This document shows positions 25,369 to 37,976 of a stretch of DNA of 64,000 nt, piece after piece; position 1 is the first letter of the stretch, and every line of letters begins with the position of its first letter. This stretch comes from Mytilus californianus (taxonomy: Eukaryota), in the NCBI RefSeq assembly GCF_021869535.1, contig NW_026262581.1, positions 102,610,001 through 102,674,000 of the forward strand, written 5' to 3'. Position numbers and translations under genes: made by a program. The notes under the pieces are model-generated. The model did not search any database. It was not told the DNA's origin and worked only from the letters and a program-made list of their open reading frames with translations.

Positions 25369-28016
25369 ATCAATAGTCAAAGGTACTTGGGGACAGTACA
25401 ATTTTTTTAGCCCTCCCCCTTTTTCCAAAGTCCGTTATTTTTTGTTGTTTTCTGTTAATTTCAATTATATTAGCGTTTTTTTCTGTACACTATGAACATA
25501 CATAATAACATATACTATATAAATACAGTTTATTTGGTATTTATTATCAATCTATGGAATTAAACTTTGAATTGATAGCAAATAGCAAATACACTGTATT
25601 TATATAGTAAACATGTATGTTTGTTCATAGTATACAGAAAAACGCGAAAATAATTGTCCTGTGACCTTGTACCTATGGAAATAATGTATTAGTTTAAGTC
25701 CTAAACGGAAGTATTATCTATGACTTAAAAACCAGTCCGCGGACGGAAACAATATCCGGACGTCTTTATTTTCGTTTTTCTCCCAAAAAAACCCAAACGA
25801 AATATTTATAAGCGAGGATGACAAATGCGACTATGCATGGTACCTATAGGACATAAAAGCATGATGATTGATTTTTTGTTGAAGGAAGAGAAGCGACACA
25901 CAAAATGAGGTCTTCTCGTTTAATAGTATAGATACGGGGCCTACAATAATGAACATACGGTTATAGTTATTAAATTTAAGAAATAATTCTTTTATGCCAT
26001 GCTCTATGCTCATTTTAACAAGGGTAGGCATTATATTTGTCAATATCTTTATACCTAGCGTTAGCGTTTTTCCCATAAGAAGTTATTACATGAACTTCCA
26101 GTATGTTCATTTTTTGTAAATTTTGCCTTTCTGATCATTTTAGCTGTTCAAGTTCTCTTTAAATATTACTTTTCTTAAGATAGACACAAAAATGGGAAAA
26201 AATCGGACATTGATAGGGTAATGACTCGTATAAGGGTCCGGTCATTTGTAACCCCAAAAAGAGGGGATAGGAAGAAATTAAGGGGCCTTTGATTTTATTT
26301 TTTTTTGGGATGGAAAGGTGGTATTCAATTTTTTATAGTTAAAGATTTGCCGCCGTATAATGTTATGGCGATGTCATTGTCGTCCGTAAATATTTTGTTT
26401 CCAGACAATAACTGTTTAGGAATTAGGGGCCAAACCGGGACCAAAACAAACAATTCTTATGGTTCTTTGATATGCTGAATCTAACAATATATTTAGATTT
26501 TGGATATTGGACCTTATAATAGGTAAATGTTCATTTTTCATCTTTTTAAAATCTTAGACCACATGTTTCATGTGTCACAAACCTATGATGTGTCAGCTAT
26601 TTAATCATATCAAAATTCAGAGCTGTATCAAGCTTGAAAGGTGTGTCCATACTTGCCCTAACTCTTCAAGGTTCGACCCTCATCGTACCCCCCTCCCCCC
26701 CCCCCCCCCCCAGTAAACAAAAAAATAATAGTTTTGACTCGAAAGACATCAATTTTTACGCCTCGCTGAGCTCGCCTCAATTATTAAAACCTAAATCCTT
26801 AGTTTCAACAATTTCTTCTAGCAGAGTATTTTTTTTTTTTATCTGAAGCTAATATTGAATGAAGGTGTGGTAAATATCAATGAGACAATAACCGGCATAT
26901 CCAAATTAAGTTCCCTAAAGTCGCAAACAACTTCCATACTTGAAGTTCTAGATCCACTACTGACGCAATATTTTAAACTTATAATGCAATAGAAACTTAA
27001 TGCGGTTTTTTTAGTTATTACGAACAAAAGTAATGAGAAATGTGTGTGTATGTGATTGTTCGGTGGTGTCTTTTTTTTTTTGGGGGGGGGGGGGGGCGGG
27101 GGGGGGGGGATGGTGAAATGTTTATGTCTTTGGAAAGGGGGGTCGTGATTGATTTTTTTTCTTTCTTCAAGGTCAAGACTTGAAAAAATAAGAGAAATTT
27201 CCATGTTTCCTCCCACATCCCCACCCCCAATGAAAGAAAATGACCATAATTATAATTTATTTATTTTTAAATCTGTTCTTGTCTATACCATTTTGCAAGG
27301 AAAGGTTTCTCTATAGATAAGTTATCAAGATAGTAGGCAATAAAGCAACAAAACTCTTAAGCCAAAATTGCCCAAGTCGGACCTTTACTATAGAATATAT
27401 TCAGACACATTGCACTATTTGTTTTTTTTTAAATCTATTGTAGTTTTCAAGATAAACGCAAAATATTAAAAACCGCCGCCGTAAATCTTCACTTAAAAGA
27501 AATAAAAAACACAAAACACAACTCTCTATCTATAAGAGACCAACAGGCCTCAGTAAACAACACATTAATGCATTTTTTTTTTTTTATGTTAATTTAGACA
27601 CCAATCTGATTTAATTACAGATATTGTGTGTCCAATATTGCGGATCTGAAAACGCTACATTCTTTTTTCTGTTTTAAAGACCATTGGGATTCTCTGGTTT
27701 TGTCGGATTGATACACACCTTCATAAATTTGAAGCTGAAATTTCATTGGCTGATGTAATATTTACCAGAACAGAAGGTAATTTCATTATTGTTTTATTTT
27801 TCCCTAATTTTCAATGGAAACAAACTATTTCGCTTCCCTTCTGAAATAGATAAAATCTCTTTCAAGAAAATATGGAATCAAACATTTACAAAAAACATGC
27901 CCCCCACTCGCCAAAAAAAAAATCAATGCTCGGTACGTTAGCCCTGTTTACTTGAGTCTGGAGATAAATATATGAGCGGCTTCCCACAAAACCTTTTATA
28001 TAGCGGGTTACTGTCT

Positions 28017-28335
28017 AGTGGCGGTGCTTTCGTGGAAGCATATTCGCCTCGAGTGCGGGAAGTCGTGGGTTCGAACCAAAGACTTGAAAATCGATATTTG
28101 CTACATCCCTGCTAAGCACGCGAAATTAAGGAGTAAGAGCAAAGACTGATCGGCTCGGAATCAGAATAATGTGTCCGGGTAAGGCGACATGTCTTCCTGT
28201 GAAATGGCATGTTGAAAATCCGGCTCAGGGTGTCGGTCTATTACAAAGCAGGGTTAATATTCATATCACATTAACATGTTCTCGTACGAATATGCATATC
28301 AATTTGCCGCTGGATGTCAAGCATCCATCCATAAT
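28017..28335 (+). mobile_element. tRNA-derived SINE, Meta-domain type
   Basis: tRNA-like head with box B GGGTTCGAACC, then the conserved CTAAGCACGC..TTAAGGAGTAAGAGCAAAGACTG..GGCTCGGAATCAG.ATAATGTGTCCG core recognised from memory. Confidence 0.8.
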
Positions 28336-28444
28336 CACCTAGTTGAAGCTGTGAAATAAATGCACGAAAACATAATAAAAAGCTGCACGCAAATGTGGAG
28401 TTCATCCCATATATCCTTTAATCAATTTGGGGGAGGGGGGAGGG

Positions 28445-28710
28445 GGGACTCGGTGGCCGAGTAGTCTAAGTAGCTACGTAGTCGAACTACTGTATCATTA
28501 GCCTGTCAACACTTAGGTTGTGAGTTTGAATCCCGCACGTGGCAGGCTAGTTCGACCCCAATCTTAATTGACTAGAATTGTCAGTTTTCCTACAAAAGGC
28601 CGGTGGTTCTCTCCGGGCACTTCTGCATCCTTCACCAATATAAACTCACCGCCACGAAATAACATGATAGTGTCGAAAGTGGCGTTAAACACCAATCAAT
28701 CAATCAATCA
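28445..28710 (+). mobile_element. tRNA-derived SINE, V-domain type, (TCAA)n tail
   Basis: Box A TGGCCGAGTAGTC, box B GTTTGAATCCC, V-like core GGTGGTTCTCTCCGGGCAC..CACCAATATAAACTCACCGCCACGA..GTGGCGTTAAACACC. Confidence 0.8.
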
Positions 28711-29135
28711 TCCATACCGGTATGATTATGCATGAGTAGATAATTTTATTGCTATTGTTATGAAATATTTTTAAAACTGACTGTGAGTTCATTGGTGTCT
28801 TTTGCAATGAATAGAAATAAGAAGATGTGGTATGAGTGCCTGTGAGGACAACTCTCCATCTCATAGATAAATCGGTTAGATTAACCAAAATTTATTAATT
28901 TGAAATATATATATATATAAATATATTAATATTTTGGACAAAATATGTGTTCAGAGAACAATTTTCTGACTTTGAAATTTTTTCTCTCAAATGTGGATAT
29001 TAAGTTAGTTAAATTTGAAGATTTTAAAAAACCAAGAACAGGTGTAGGACTATTGTGTGAATTTTTGTGAAGATTGCATAATAAAAACAAGAGTTGAGTT
29101 TTAAGTGTGTTTTTGGATTATAAAGTCAGTTAGCA

Positions 29136-30965
29136 ATGTCATATTTAGAAGGTGAACAAGTAAATATGGGTAAAGTGTGCTTTAATTTATGTGGGTCTGA
29201 TTACTTGTTGTCAATACCATCATTGGGTCAGACAACCGTAGACCGTATATGCGATTTCAGAAAACAAGGTGACATAACGCCTGAAAATTTAGTGAATATA
29301 CCTCGTATCCGTATAGATATAATTCATGAGTATATTGATTATACAGCTTTAAGTGGCTATAAATTTGTGGACCATGTTGAGGACAGTTTGGAAGATTTCG
29401 ACGATAAGTGTACCATCTTTTCTGGGGAGGATCAGGATGAGTACGACGAGGAGGAGGACACAAAATATACTGATTTGCAGACTAGTATCCAGAAAAGTGA
29501 GGCTTTGGTGCCCCCGACTGAGAAAATATCCATCCATGCAGCTTGGAAGAGAAGAAAATAAAATTCAACAATGTGTACAAACCCGTTGTGAAATATCTAC
29601 TAGTTAAATAAAGACTGAGCATGTGGCTCCTTTACCAAGTTATTCTAGTTCACAAGTAAGTGCACATAATACCCAACCGTACAACTCTAATTTATTCAGA
29701 CCAAAAGTGTTGAGCACGGATATTGCACAAAGAAAACTTAAAAGTTGGACATACAGCAATGCGCCCTGTCGCACCCAACAGTTGATACCACAAAACAATT
29801 CTGTTCCAGCAAGGAGTAATGTGTTTTCAGTACCAACTATGACTAGAATACCTAACACATATACAGCCTGGAGTACACAAAGCATTATACCTACTGTGTC
29901 TAATTACACAACCAATGGTTCAGCATACCGCAGCTCCAACCATGACAGCTATGGACCAACCATCTTGTTATGGAACAAGATTTCCACAGCCGAGCAAAAT
30001 ACATATGCCGATTACCACGGCTAATACTTCAAGTTCAGTAGTTACGAACAAAGCTGACATGACACCGTTGAAATCCTTGAAATATGATGGAACCGAAAAA
30101 GGAGATGATTGGGTATCCTTTTTCGGGAAGTTTGAAATGTACACTGAGATGGCAGGAATTATTGAACAAGATAAACGTGCACATCTGTGTTGGGTCGTAA
30201 CAGGGAATGCAGCAATATTTTGCCTTGGGTGCGCTTGGCGTTATAAGAACATTTCATATGCCGAGAAGTTTTTAGAATGCATGGAGAATAGGTACAATTT
30301 GAGGAAACTGACAGAAACAGTCCACATCCAGTTTTAAAGTGCTTCTCAATCCCCTGGAGAAGATTTAGACGATTGGGCAGAGCGATAATTGAGTTTGGCG
30401 GATTCATCTTTTGGACACTTACCAGAACATTTTGTGGCACTAGAACGCATAAAATGGCAACCGTATAATGACAAAGCGGTGTTTGATAACAATGTTCATA
30501 CCCGTACTACACGGAATAACCCAGAGACAAATAGTGACAATTTTGAGGATGATGCAGTCCAGGTTAATAATGAGAAAATGGATTCCCAACAGAACTGATG
30601 AAGAGCATGGATAAATTGACTGAAAATGTGGACCGACATCTGAAAATCATTCAGTCGAATATTGGTGAGGTTCAAAATCATGTATACAAAAACATCAAAG
30701 ATGTGCAGGCATAAATGAGAGGGATGGAAAGAAAGTGGAAAAATAAAATGGAATCAATGAAGGACACAATGTCCAAAATAAAGAGAACTAATACAGATAA
30801 AAATGTTCAAGGTAGGACTGAGTATAGATCACGTCCAAATCAGAAGAAAGATAGATCCAATTTGGAGTGCTATCATTGCCCACGAGTTGAGACACATTGC
30901 AAAGTTTTGTCCTAAGGCTAATGCAGCACCAAAGGAGGATTTAAACTCAAAGGGATCGGTCAAAT
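29136..30965 (+). pseudogene. Gypsy gag (multiple stops and frameshifts)
   Basis: HhH-like N-terminus; capsid-like LKYDGTE..WVSFFGKFE..; zinc knuckle CYHC/HELRHIAKFC at 30868-30910 across a +1 frameshift; LNSKGS end. Confidence 0.8.
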
Positions 30966-31629
30966 AAGTGTTGGTCTGTCCCGCACTATTGAAAATCACC
31001 AAACAAACAAAAAATTGAACAGAATAGCATTTAAGGATGTTAACACCGAAAAAAACATTTAACAAGGTTGAGAGTGATAAACCATTTGAAGATGTTCAAA
31101 CAAACAAAACACCATTTAACGAAGTTGACACCGAAAAAACATTTAGCGGTGTTAAGAGTGATAAATCAGTTAACGATATTCAAACAGATGATACAACATT
31201 TAACAATGTTGACACCGATAAAACAGTGTATGGAAAACATTTTTGTGACACAAGTGAGAATCAGAATTTTGGGAATAAGGTTGGCAATGTTGCAGAAACT
31301 GGTACAGAGTAACAAAGAAAGGAAAAAAGGAGAAATGAGCATGGTAAAACATTCAAATAGAGCAAAAAAGTGCGACTTGGGCGACCACCAAGTCGAAGTT
31401 GGTAAAGGGAGAGGGGTTCGACAAGGTGTTGTTGACTCCCCAAGAGAATAAGGAGTAGTTATTGTGAAAATACCGTTTACCACGGTCATACCCACAACAG
31501 GACTAACCTTAGGAAACCTCATGGAACATTTCAATGAGGCAAGTACAGTGACTGATGGTTCTGAGAGGATATTCACTACCAATAAAGTACCATGCAGTTG
31601 GGTAACTCGTCTCTTTTGAGACTGAGCGG

Positions 31630-34600
31630 AGTTAGGAGTTACACCGTTGGTAGCGGCTGTAGACACAGCCGCGGAAGACACCATTATTTGAGATAAAGTT
31701 TTGAATAGTTCAAGAAGAAACAGCCGAATTTGAGAGAGACGGTTATGCATGCTGCTAGCCGGGGCATAGAAATAAAGACCTTTGTAGTTGGTCCAGTGAA
31801 CTTGAGGATTGGTATACAACTTTATGAAACAGATGTATATGTGGCCCCAATTAATGATGATATGTTGCGGGGCTTAAAGTTTATGGTGGCATATGGTGTG
31901 ACGGTTGACCTAGAAAAGCTCACTTTCAATATCTGAGGAGAAATTAGAAAAACAACTTGAAAAGTATATTATTGAACCATGTGATGAAAAGTTGCCAATG
32001 TTAATTCCAAGATGACTGTACAATTATCAGGATCACCCAAGTATTTGTTTGGTAAACGTGAGTGATAGATACTATTCACTAAAGAGAAATTCTGTAATAG
32101 CAAAAGCGATATTAGTCGGAGAAACTGAACCCTGTGTGTCGACAAATCAAGTCATCGAAGTAACCGATGGAATACAGGTGGAATTGTCCCCTCAATAAAG
32201 ACAGTTATAAGTCAGCTCAAGTGTGAATTTATCCAAAGATGAACAAGCAGTTCGAAGCGCTCTTGTCAAAATACACCGACATATTTTCAAAAGATGAATT
32301 TTACAAAGGTACATTCAGAGGAGTAGAACATAGTATCGACACCAGACAACCACAACCAATCAAGCAACGAATGCGAAGAACACCATTACAATTTGTTGAA
32401 GAAGAAAACAGCAATTATTTTAAATGTTAAAATCGGACGTGATTGAGCCAAGTGTATCAGAGTGGGCTTTGGCTCAAGTTTGGGGGAATGGACACGTTTT
32501 GGGCGTTCTTTAAAAGGACACTATTGTGCGCCCTTTAGCAACTGCACATGTTTTGCAGTTCAGTGACGTTATATGGACACTTTTTGGGGAATCGGACACG
32601 TTTGGGGGATGGACACGTTTCTAAGTGTTACATATATAACAAAAGGAGTGCGTCTATTTTTAAAATAAAGAAATACAAACCCACTGAGCTGTATGATATA
32701 AAAAATATGTTAGTGTACATGACAAGTCATGTGTGTGAATTGCTTTAAATACAAATAACACACTCATAGTTTATGATGGGATACATATTAAGTCTCTTTT
32801 CTAGTACGGATTAAGATGAAAAACGGAATAAAACTACACATATTTGTAAGTATCCGCTACCCTTGATCGAGGAATGTCTCGATATACTCACCGGAAATGA
32901 GTGGTTTTCAAAATTGGATGCGAATAGTGCGTATTGGAAGGTTAACGTGACAAAGGATAATCAACCAAAAACCGCCTTCATAACAAAATACGGGCTTTTT
33001 CAGTTTACGAAGATGAGTTCCGGGCTATGCAATGCTCCAGTTACGTAGCACGTGCTATTGACTTGGTATTGCTGGGTCTTACTTGGCAAACTGTACTGTG
33101 TTTCTTGAACGATATTCTTGTCTTGGGGATACACTTCAGTGATCATATCGAAAATCTAAGAGCTGTGAGTACGGAATAAAATTAAAACATCAACAATGTG
33201 ATTTGTGCAAAAAGGAAGTAAGTTATTTAAGCTGAACGGTTAACCAGCAAGACATGGCAATCAGTGACGAGTATTTTGAAGTGATAAAAAATTGGAAAAA
33301 AACGAGTCACACTTAAGAGGCTGAATAGATTCTGGGTTTTGTCAATTACCATCGGAATTTTATAAAAGGGTATCCAAAATGGCTAAACCGTTGACAGAGA
33401 TTACAGGAAAGAAACCGTTAAGATGGCAACTAAATCAACAAGAGGCATATGACGCTCGTAAAACTGCGTAACAAACCACACCAATGTTAACTTTCCCAAA
33501 TTCAACTTCAAATTCAACAGTTCAATTTGGATACAGATGCCTCTGACATGGCCATATGAGCAGAGTTGCAAGATTGGACTGAATGTGTTGTTACCTGTGG
33601 AAGTTTCACTTTGTCACCTGCGTAGATATTGCACAACAGGGAAAGAATTGTTGGCAGTAGTTCGATTCACGTAACACTTCAGACATTATTTATTAGGCCG
33701 TGAATCCATTGCCAGATCATAGTAGTTTACAGTGGTTAATAAATTTTAAAGAACAACCGGGTCATCTAGCGTTGGCTAGAGGTTTAAAGCCAATACCATA
33801 TGACAATCCAACTTCGTCGAGGAAGACAACACGTTAACGCGGATGCTTTGTTTAGACTGAATGCTGAAAAACAATGCCCGGAAATGTCAATTTTTGTGAA
33901 TCCAGAATCTCCCGTGTGGAGGATGTAAGTACTATGTTAGGGTTCATGAAAGTTTGAAGGATTTCATTACAATTGATAATGTGATACCGTTAGCTGCGGT
34001 TCAGAAGAAAGCCAATAGTTTAGAAGTGAAAGACTTCTCCAGTGGTACCTCTGTTCGTATCAGTCGAGTGCAATGGTTCAAATATATCTGTAGATGGAGT
34101 TCTAGTGAACACTGCATCTGTAGTTTACGAAAGTGGCCTTTGAATTCATTATACAACTGACCAGTTGCCATCGGAACAAGCAATGAATCCTGATTTGCAC
34201 TGGCTACCGAATGATAATGAACCACCGGTAAACACAGTGCATATTGCAGAACCCGCAGCAAAGTAGTACTAAGTGAACAAAGTACAGTTCTTTTTAGATA
34301 CGTTAGTACTTTTCCATGGGTCGAAAAATCATCAGTTGCGATTAGTTGTACCAAAAGCATATATTCAGGAAGTGTTGATTTGAAACCATGACCTCCTAAT
34401 AACTGGACATCGAGGTACCGAACAACAGCTAGGGTCATAAAGAAATTTTATTGGTACAAAAAGGGGTACACTATAAAAAAAATTATGTACGATAATGTAA
34501 TGTCTGCAACAAGAACAATAAGGCAACGAGAAAAGCCAGATGTCCATTGAAACAGTATCATGCAGGATCACACATAGAGCGAGTCCACATAGACTTCTTG

Positions 34601-35566
34601 GGACCTTTAACCGAAACAACACGGGGAAATTCAAACATATTAGTAATGGAAGACTAATTTACTAAATGGGTAGAAATTATACCTTTACCATCACAAACCG
34701 CCAGGAGCTTTTTACACGATTTTGGTTTCCATTCTCTATTTATAGCGACCAAGGGAGAAACTTAGAAAGCAACATGTTTAAATCGGTTTGTAAATGTCTG
34801 TGAATACATAATACAAGGACCACTGCGTATAGACTGTCTGCAAATGATTAAGTGGAAAGGTATAACAGGACTTTGATGGACACGGTAAGATGCTTTGTGA
34901 GCAAATCATAGAAAGATTGGGACAAATATCTCCAACAACTCGCAAGTGACATTCGTCCATCAGATACCCGGTGATAGAATGACAGGACTGACTCCAAATA
35001 AAATGATGTTGGGAAGAGAAATAAACTTGCCAGGCAAAGATAGTGATGAGAGCGAAAAGGAATATGTGAGTCGGTTGATAGAAGCAATCCCACAAGCGCA
35101 TGAAATTGCACGAGAAAACTTTAGATTTTCACTATGAGATAAAGATGAGAAAACTGAATATATGCCAGATGACTTAGTATACACCTTAGATACTGCATAG
35201 GTCAAAGGACGGAGTAAAAACCTAGACCCTCCGTGGAACGGAACAAGTGGCATTGCGGAGAAAATAACGTGAAATGTACTAGTATATGATCATGACCGAA
35301 TGAAAAAGAACAATGATCGGAATATTCCAGCTTGGCTAAAGAGAGCACAATATCAGTTACAGAATGGTGAGAATATATTAAAGGACATAGAAGACATTGA
35401 TTGCAGGTGTAGAAAAGGGGATCAAGGAGCTTTCATAGTTTAATGCGACATTTCTGGCCAATGGTATCATGGGACGTGCGTGAATATTACTGCGGAATTG
35501 GCCGAGACTTTCGTGACGTATCACTGTCCGAAATGTCAAACCCCGAATAAGATGTGCCGAAAATAG
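31630..35566 (+). pseudogene. Gypsy pol: protease, RT, RNase H, integrase, PHD finger
   Basis: AVDTAAEDTII (DTA at 31662); YPLPLIEECLD, FSKLDANSAYW, KTAFIT, GLCNAP, FLNDIL; LDTDASD, KELLAVV, NADAL; ERVHIDFLGPL, SDQGRNLES, VERYNR; C-terminal PHD at 35402-35536. Confidence 0.9.
32481..32800. other. 320-bp insertion in the Gypsy RT containing repeated GGACAC motifs
   Basis: Removing it restores EWALAQV-LVR (compare EWASAPVLVRKKDG). Confidence 0.8.
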
Positions 35567-37561
35567 GGATAGGGGAAATAGGAGTCATAATGAGTATTTT
35601 CTTTATATTTCAGGAGTTATCCAGTATTGGTTGGTGACTTTCACATATAATTGACAATAAGTTTACATATTTGTGCGGTTTTTTCGATTTCGATTTTGTG
35701 TTTTGTATATACATAAATTGATTGTAAATCAAGTGCTTTATCGTGTCGACGGTCACTCATAGCACTCGTGTAAAGTTAGTCAGTGAGATAATGATAGACA
35801 GTGAAAGGGTGGCGATTGTTTTTGAGGAAATTTCGAGTTCAGAGGACACTTTGTTAGATTCAGAGAGCATTGAAACAGACTATGTGGCCGATTTGGACGA
35901 ATTTGAGGATACCATGAGAAAACTGGTGACATTGTGGTGACTGCAAAAAGTCAGATTTGACCTCAAAGGTACCAACTTGGACATATGAACAAATAATAGA
36001 CAGGAGCGTACATGTATTGTTAGGGAAGTGTCCAATATTAAGAACATGCTAGCTCAATGTGAAAATATTGAGTCGTCCGAACCTGACACATCAGAACCTC
36101 GGTGGTTCTCCACGATGGACGAACAATAAGGAGAACATTTAAGTTGGAGGCGACTGGGGTGAAAGCTCGAGGGATGATAACAAATACTCAGTTTTGATAG
36201 AATATGAAGAAATATTAGAAGGTAGTCTGGAACTAGAAAAGATGGCAATGAAGGAAGACCCTCGGAATTCATTTGTCCGTTTGAGTGCGTGATTTTGTGG
36301 GGAGAAAGCTAAAGTTGCAAGTGCATCATATCGACCTGCCTCGCATAGTTTTGGACAATCCATAGCCGCCGGTTAAACAGGGAAAATTAGGTTCACCAAC
36401 TTAGGGCTATAGTTTGTGACCAACTCCCGTGTGTCGGCAATAGTGGAGGTGGAGCTGGATATTAGTCAGCCAAGGCGAATGTTACAAAGCAAGAGCAAAT
36501 TTAACCGAAATAACTGAGTGGATTAAACCAATCATGCCACTAATTTTACACATCAGAAGGAATAGACATGATTTATATTAAAAAAAATCTTTGCTTCAAA
36601 GCTTTGGACATTTTCAAAAACTGTTGCTATCCTGGTCAAATATTTTACACTGTTTTACCGGCGATATATATAGAGACAAATACAGCATAGCTTTTCATTT
36701 TTATGGCTTTATACATCTTATTACAAAATCAACATGACCAACATCAGTTACAGGCTCTGCGTTGCATCCCTGTCAACAAACTACTTGCAGACACCGCCTC
36801 GCCCTACATGCCGCTAATGGACATTAGTGTAAACACCCCAATATATGTTGGTGAGGTGATATAGAAGATGGCTACGCTGAGGTATGTAGACCTCACCTCA
36901 AGACAGTGGCGTCTGCAACATTAGGCAATGCTATGGAACTTTTTAAAAAGTTAAAATGTATTTAATTTTCGTATGTAAATATGTTTATTGGATGATCCTT
37001 TTTGTGGTTTTCAGTGAAATGCAAGGATATAGTACACGTGGACAGATGTGCGAGCTGAAACCAATAGTGTGTATATGTAATTATTTCACATGTATAGGAC
37101 AATACAATGTGACGATGGGGGTAATTTTGTATTTGCTTGGATTCCATGTTATATTATGTGAAATGTGACTATTGTGATATGTTGAGTTAAGGCTTCTAGA
37201 TAAATAATCAGTGATTAATAAGATTTGTAATGTGAATTTTACCCGTTTACACGGCTCCCCGTTTTCACAGCTTACAAGATAACGCCAATTAATTCATGCA
37301 CAGTGCGTAAGGAGCAAAGGACGACATGAAAATATGTTCTTGTTAACGATTACTTTAAATTGCAAAGATGTTAGATATTCAGCACTGGAAAAAATAGTTT
37401 TTCTCTGCATTGACATTTATTCCGCTTCTGTTCAGTGTTGTAAAAAGGAGATTCAGTTTAACATTCGAATACTCATACTCATGATACTCATAGTGTTTAT
37501 ATCGGAATTATATTCTAAAAAAGATGCAGGAGCATCCCATCGTCTTTTAAAAGGGGGAGGT

Positions 37562-37607
37562 TGTAGTAAAGTGGACAACTCGTACTATATAACATGACTA
37601 GGGATGA
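37562..37607 (+). repeat. Start of the probable 3' LTR
   Basis: TG start immediately after the polypurine tract; truncated by Ns. Confidence 0.65.
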
Positions 37608-37763
37608 NNNNNNNNNNNNNNNNNNNNNNNNNNNNNNNNNNNNNNNNNNNNNNNNNNNNNNNNNNNNNNNNNNNNNNNNNNNNNNNNNNNNNNNNNNNNN
37701 NNNNNNNNNNNNNNNNNNNNNNNNNNNNNNNNNNNNNNNNNNNNNNNNNNNNNNNNNNNNNNN
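37608..37763. other. Assembly gap (156 N)
   Basis: Seen directly. Confidence 1.
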
Positions 37764-37976
37764 TCTGTGTCGGAGATTGACAAGAAGAACTATCACTTAT
37801 TAGATCATGGAAGTATTATATTCACTTTACTTCCATTGTAGAATCAACCAAACATCAATACTAATATCATCATAGGTGGTGATTTTAACTAATACCTCAG
37901 GTCATACCGGGTAAACCGGAAGCTAATATCACAATTTACTTTTAGAAATCATAGAAAGTTATAACCTCGCCAAATA

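Larger units (their letters stand above)
29136..37607 (+). mobile_element. Degenerate Ty3/Gypsy LTR retrotransposon; 5' LTR not found, 3' LTR cut by the assembly gap
   Basis: Domain order gag(CCHC)-PR-RT-RH-INT-PHD, an extra 3' region, then a polypurine tract AAAAGGGGGAGG (37549-37560) followed by TGTAG at 37562. Confidence 0.9.

Noticed and set aside
26634-27230. Proline-rich ORFs
   Set aside because: Produced by poly-C/poly-G tracts in degenerate repeats; the same applies to 2506-2730.
28017-28540. tRNA genes
   Set aside because: The A/B boxes belong to SINE heads; there is no complete cloverleaf and SINE cores follow directly.
28715-29135. 5' LTR and PBS of the Gypsy element
   Set aside because: No match to the 46 bp of 3' LTR visible at 37562-37607 and no recognisable PBS; probably deleted or displaced by SINE insertions.
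31166-31819. 217-aa minus-strand ORF
   Set aside because: Antisense to the Gypsy gag-protease region, with no recognisable motif.
37562-37900. Biological junction between the Gypsy LTR and the LINE endonuclease
   Set aside because: The two are separated by a 156-N gap, so adjacency and distance are unknown.
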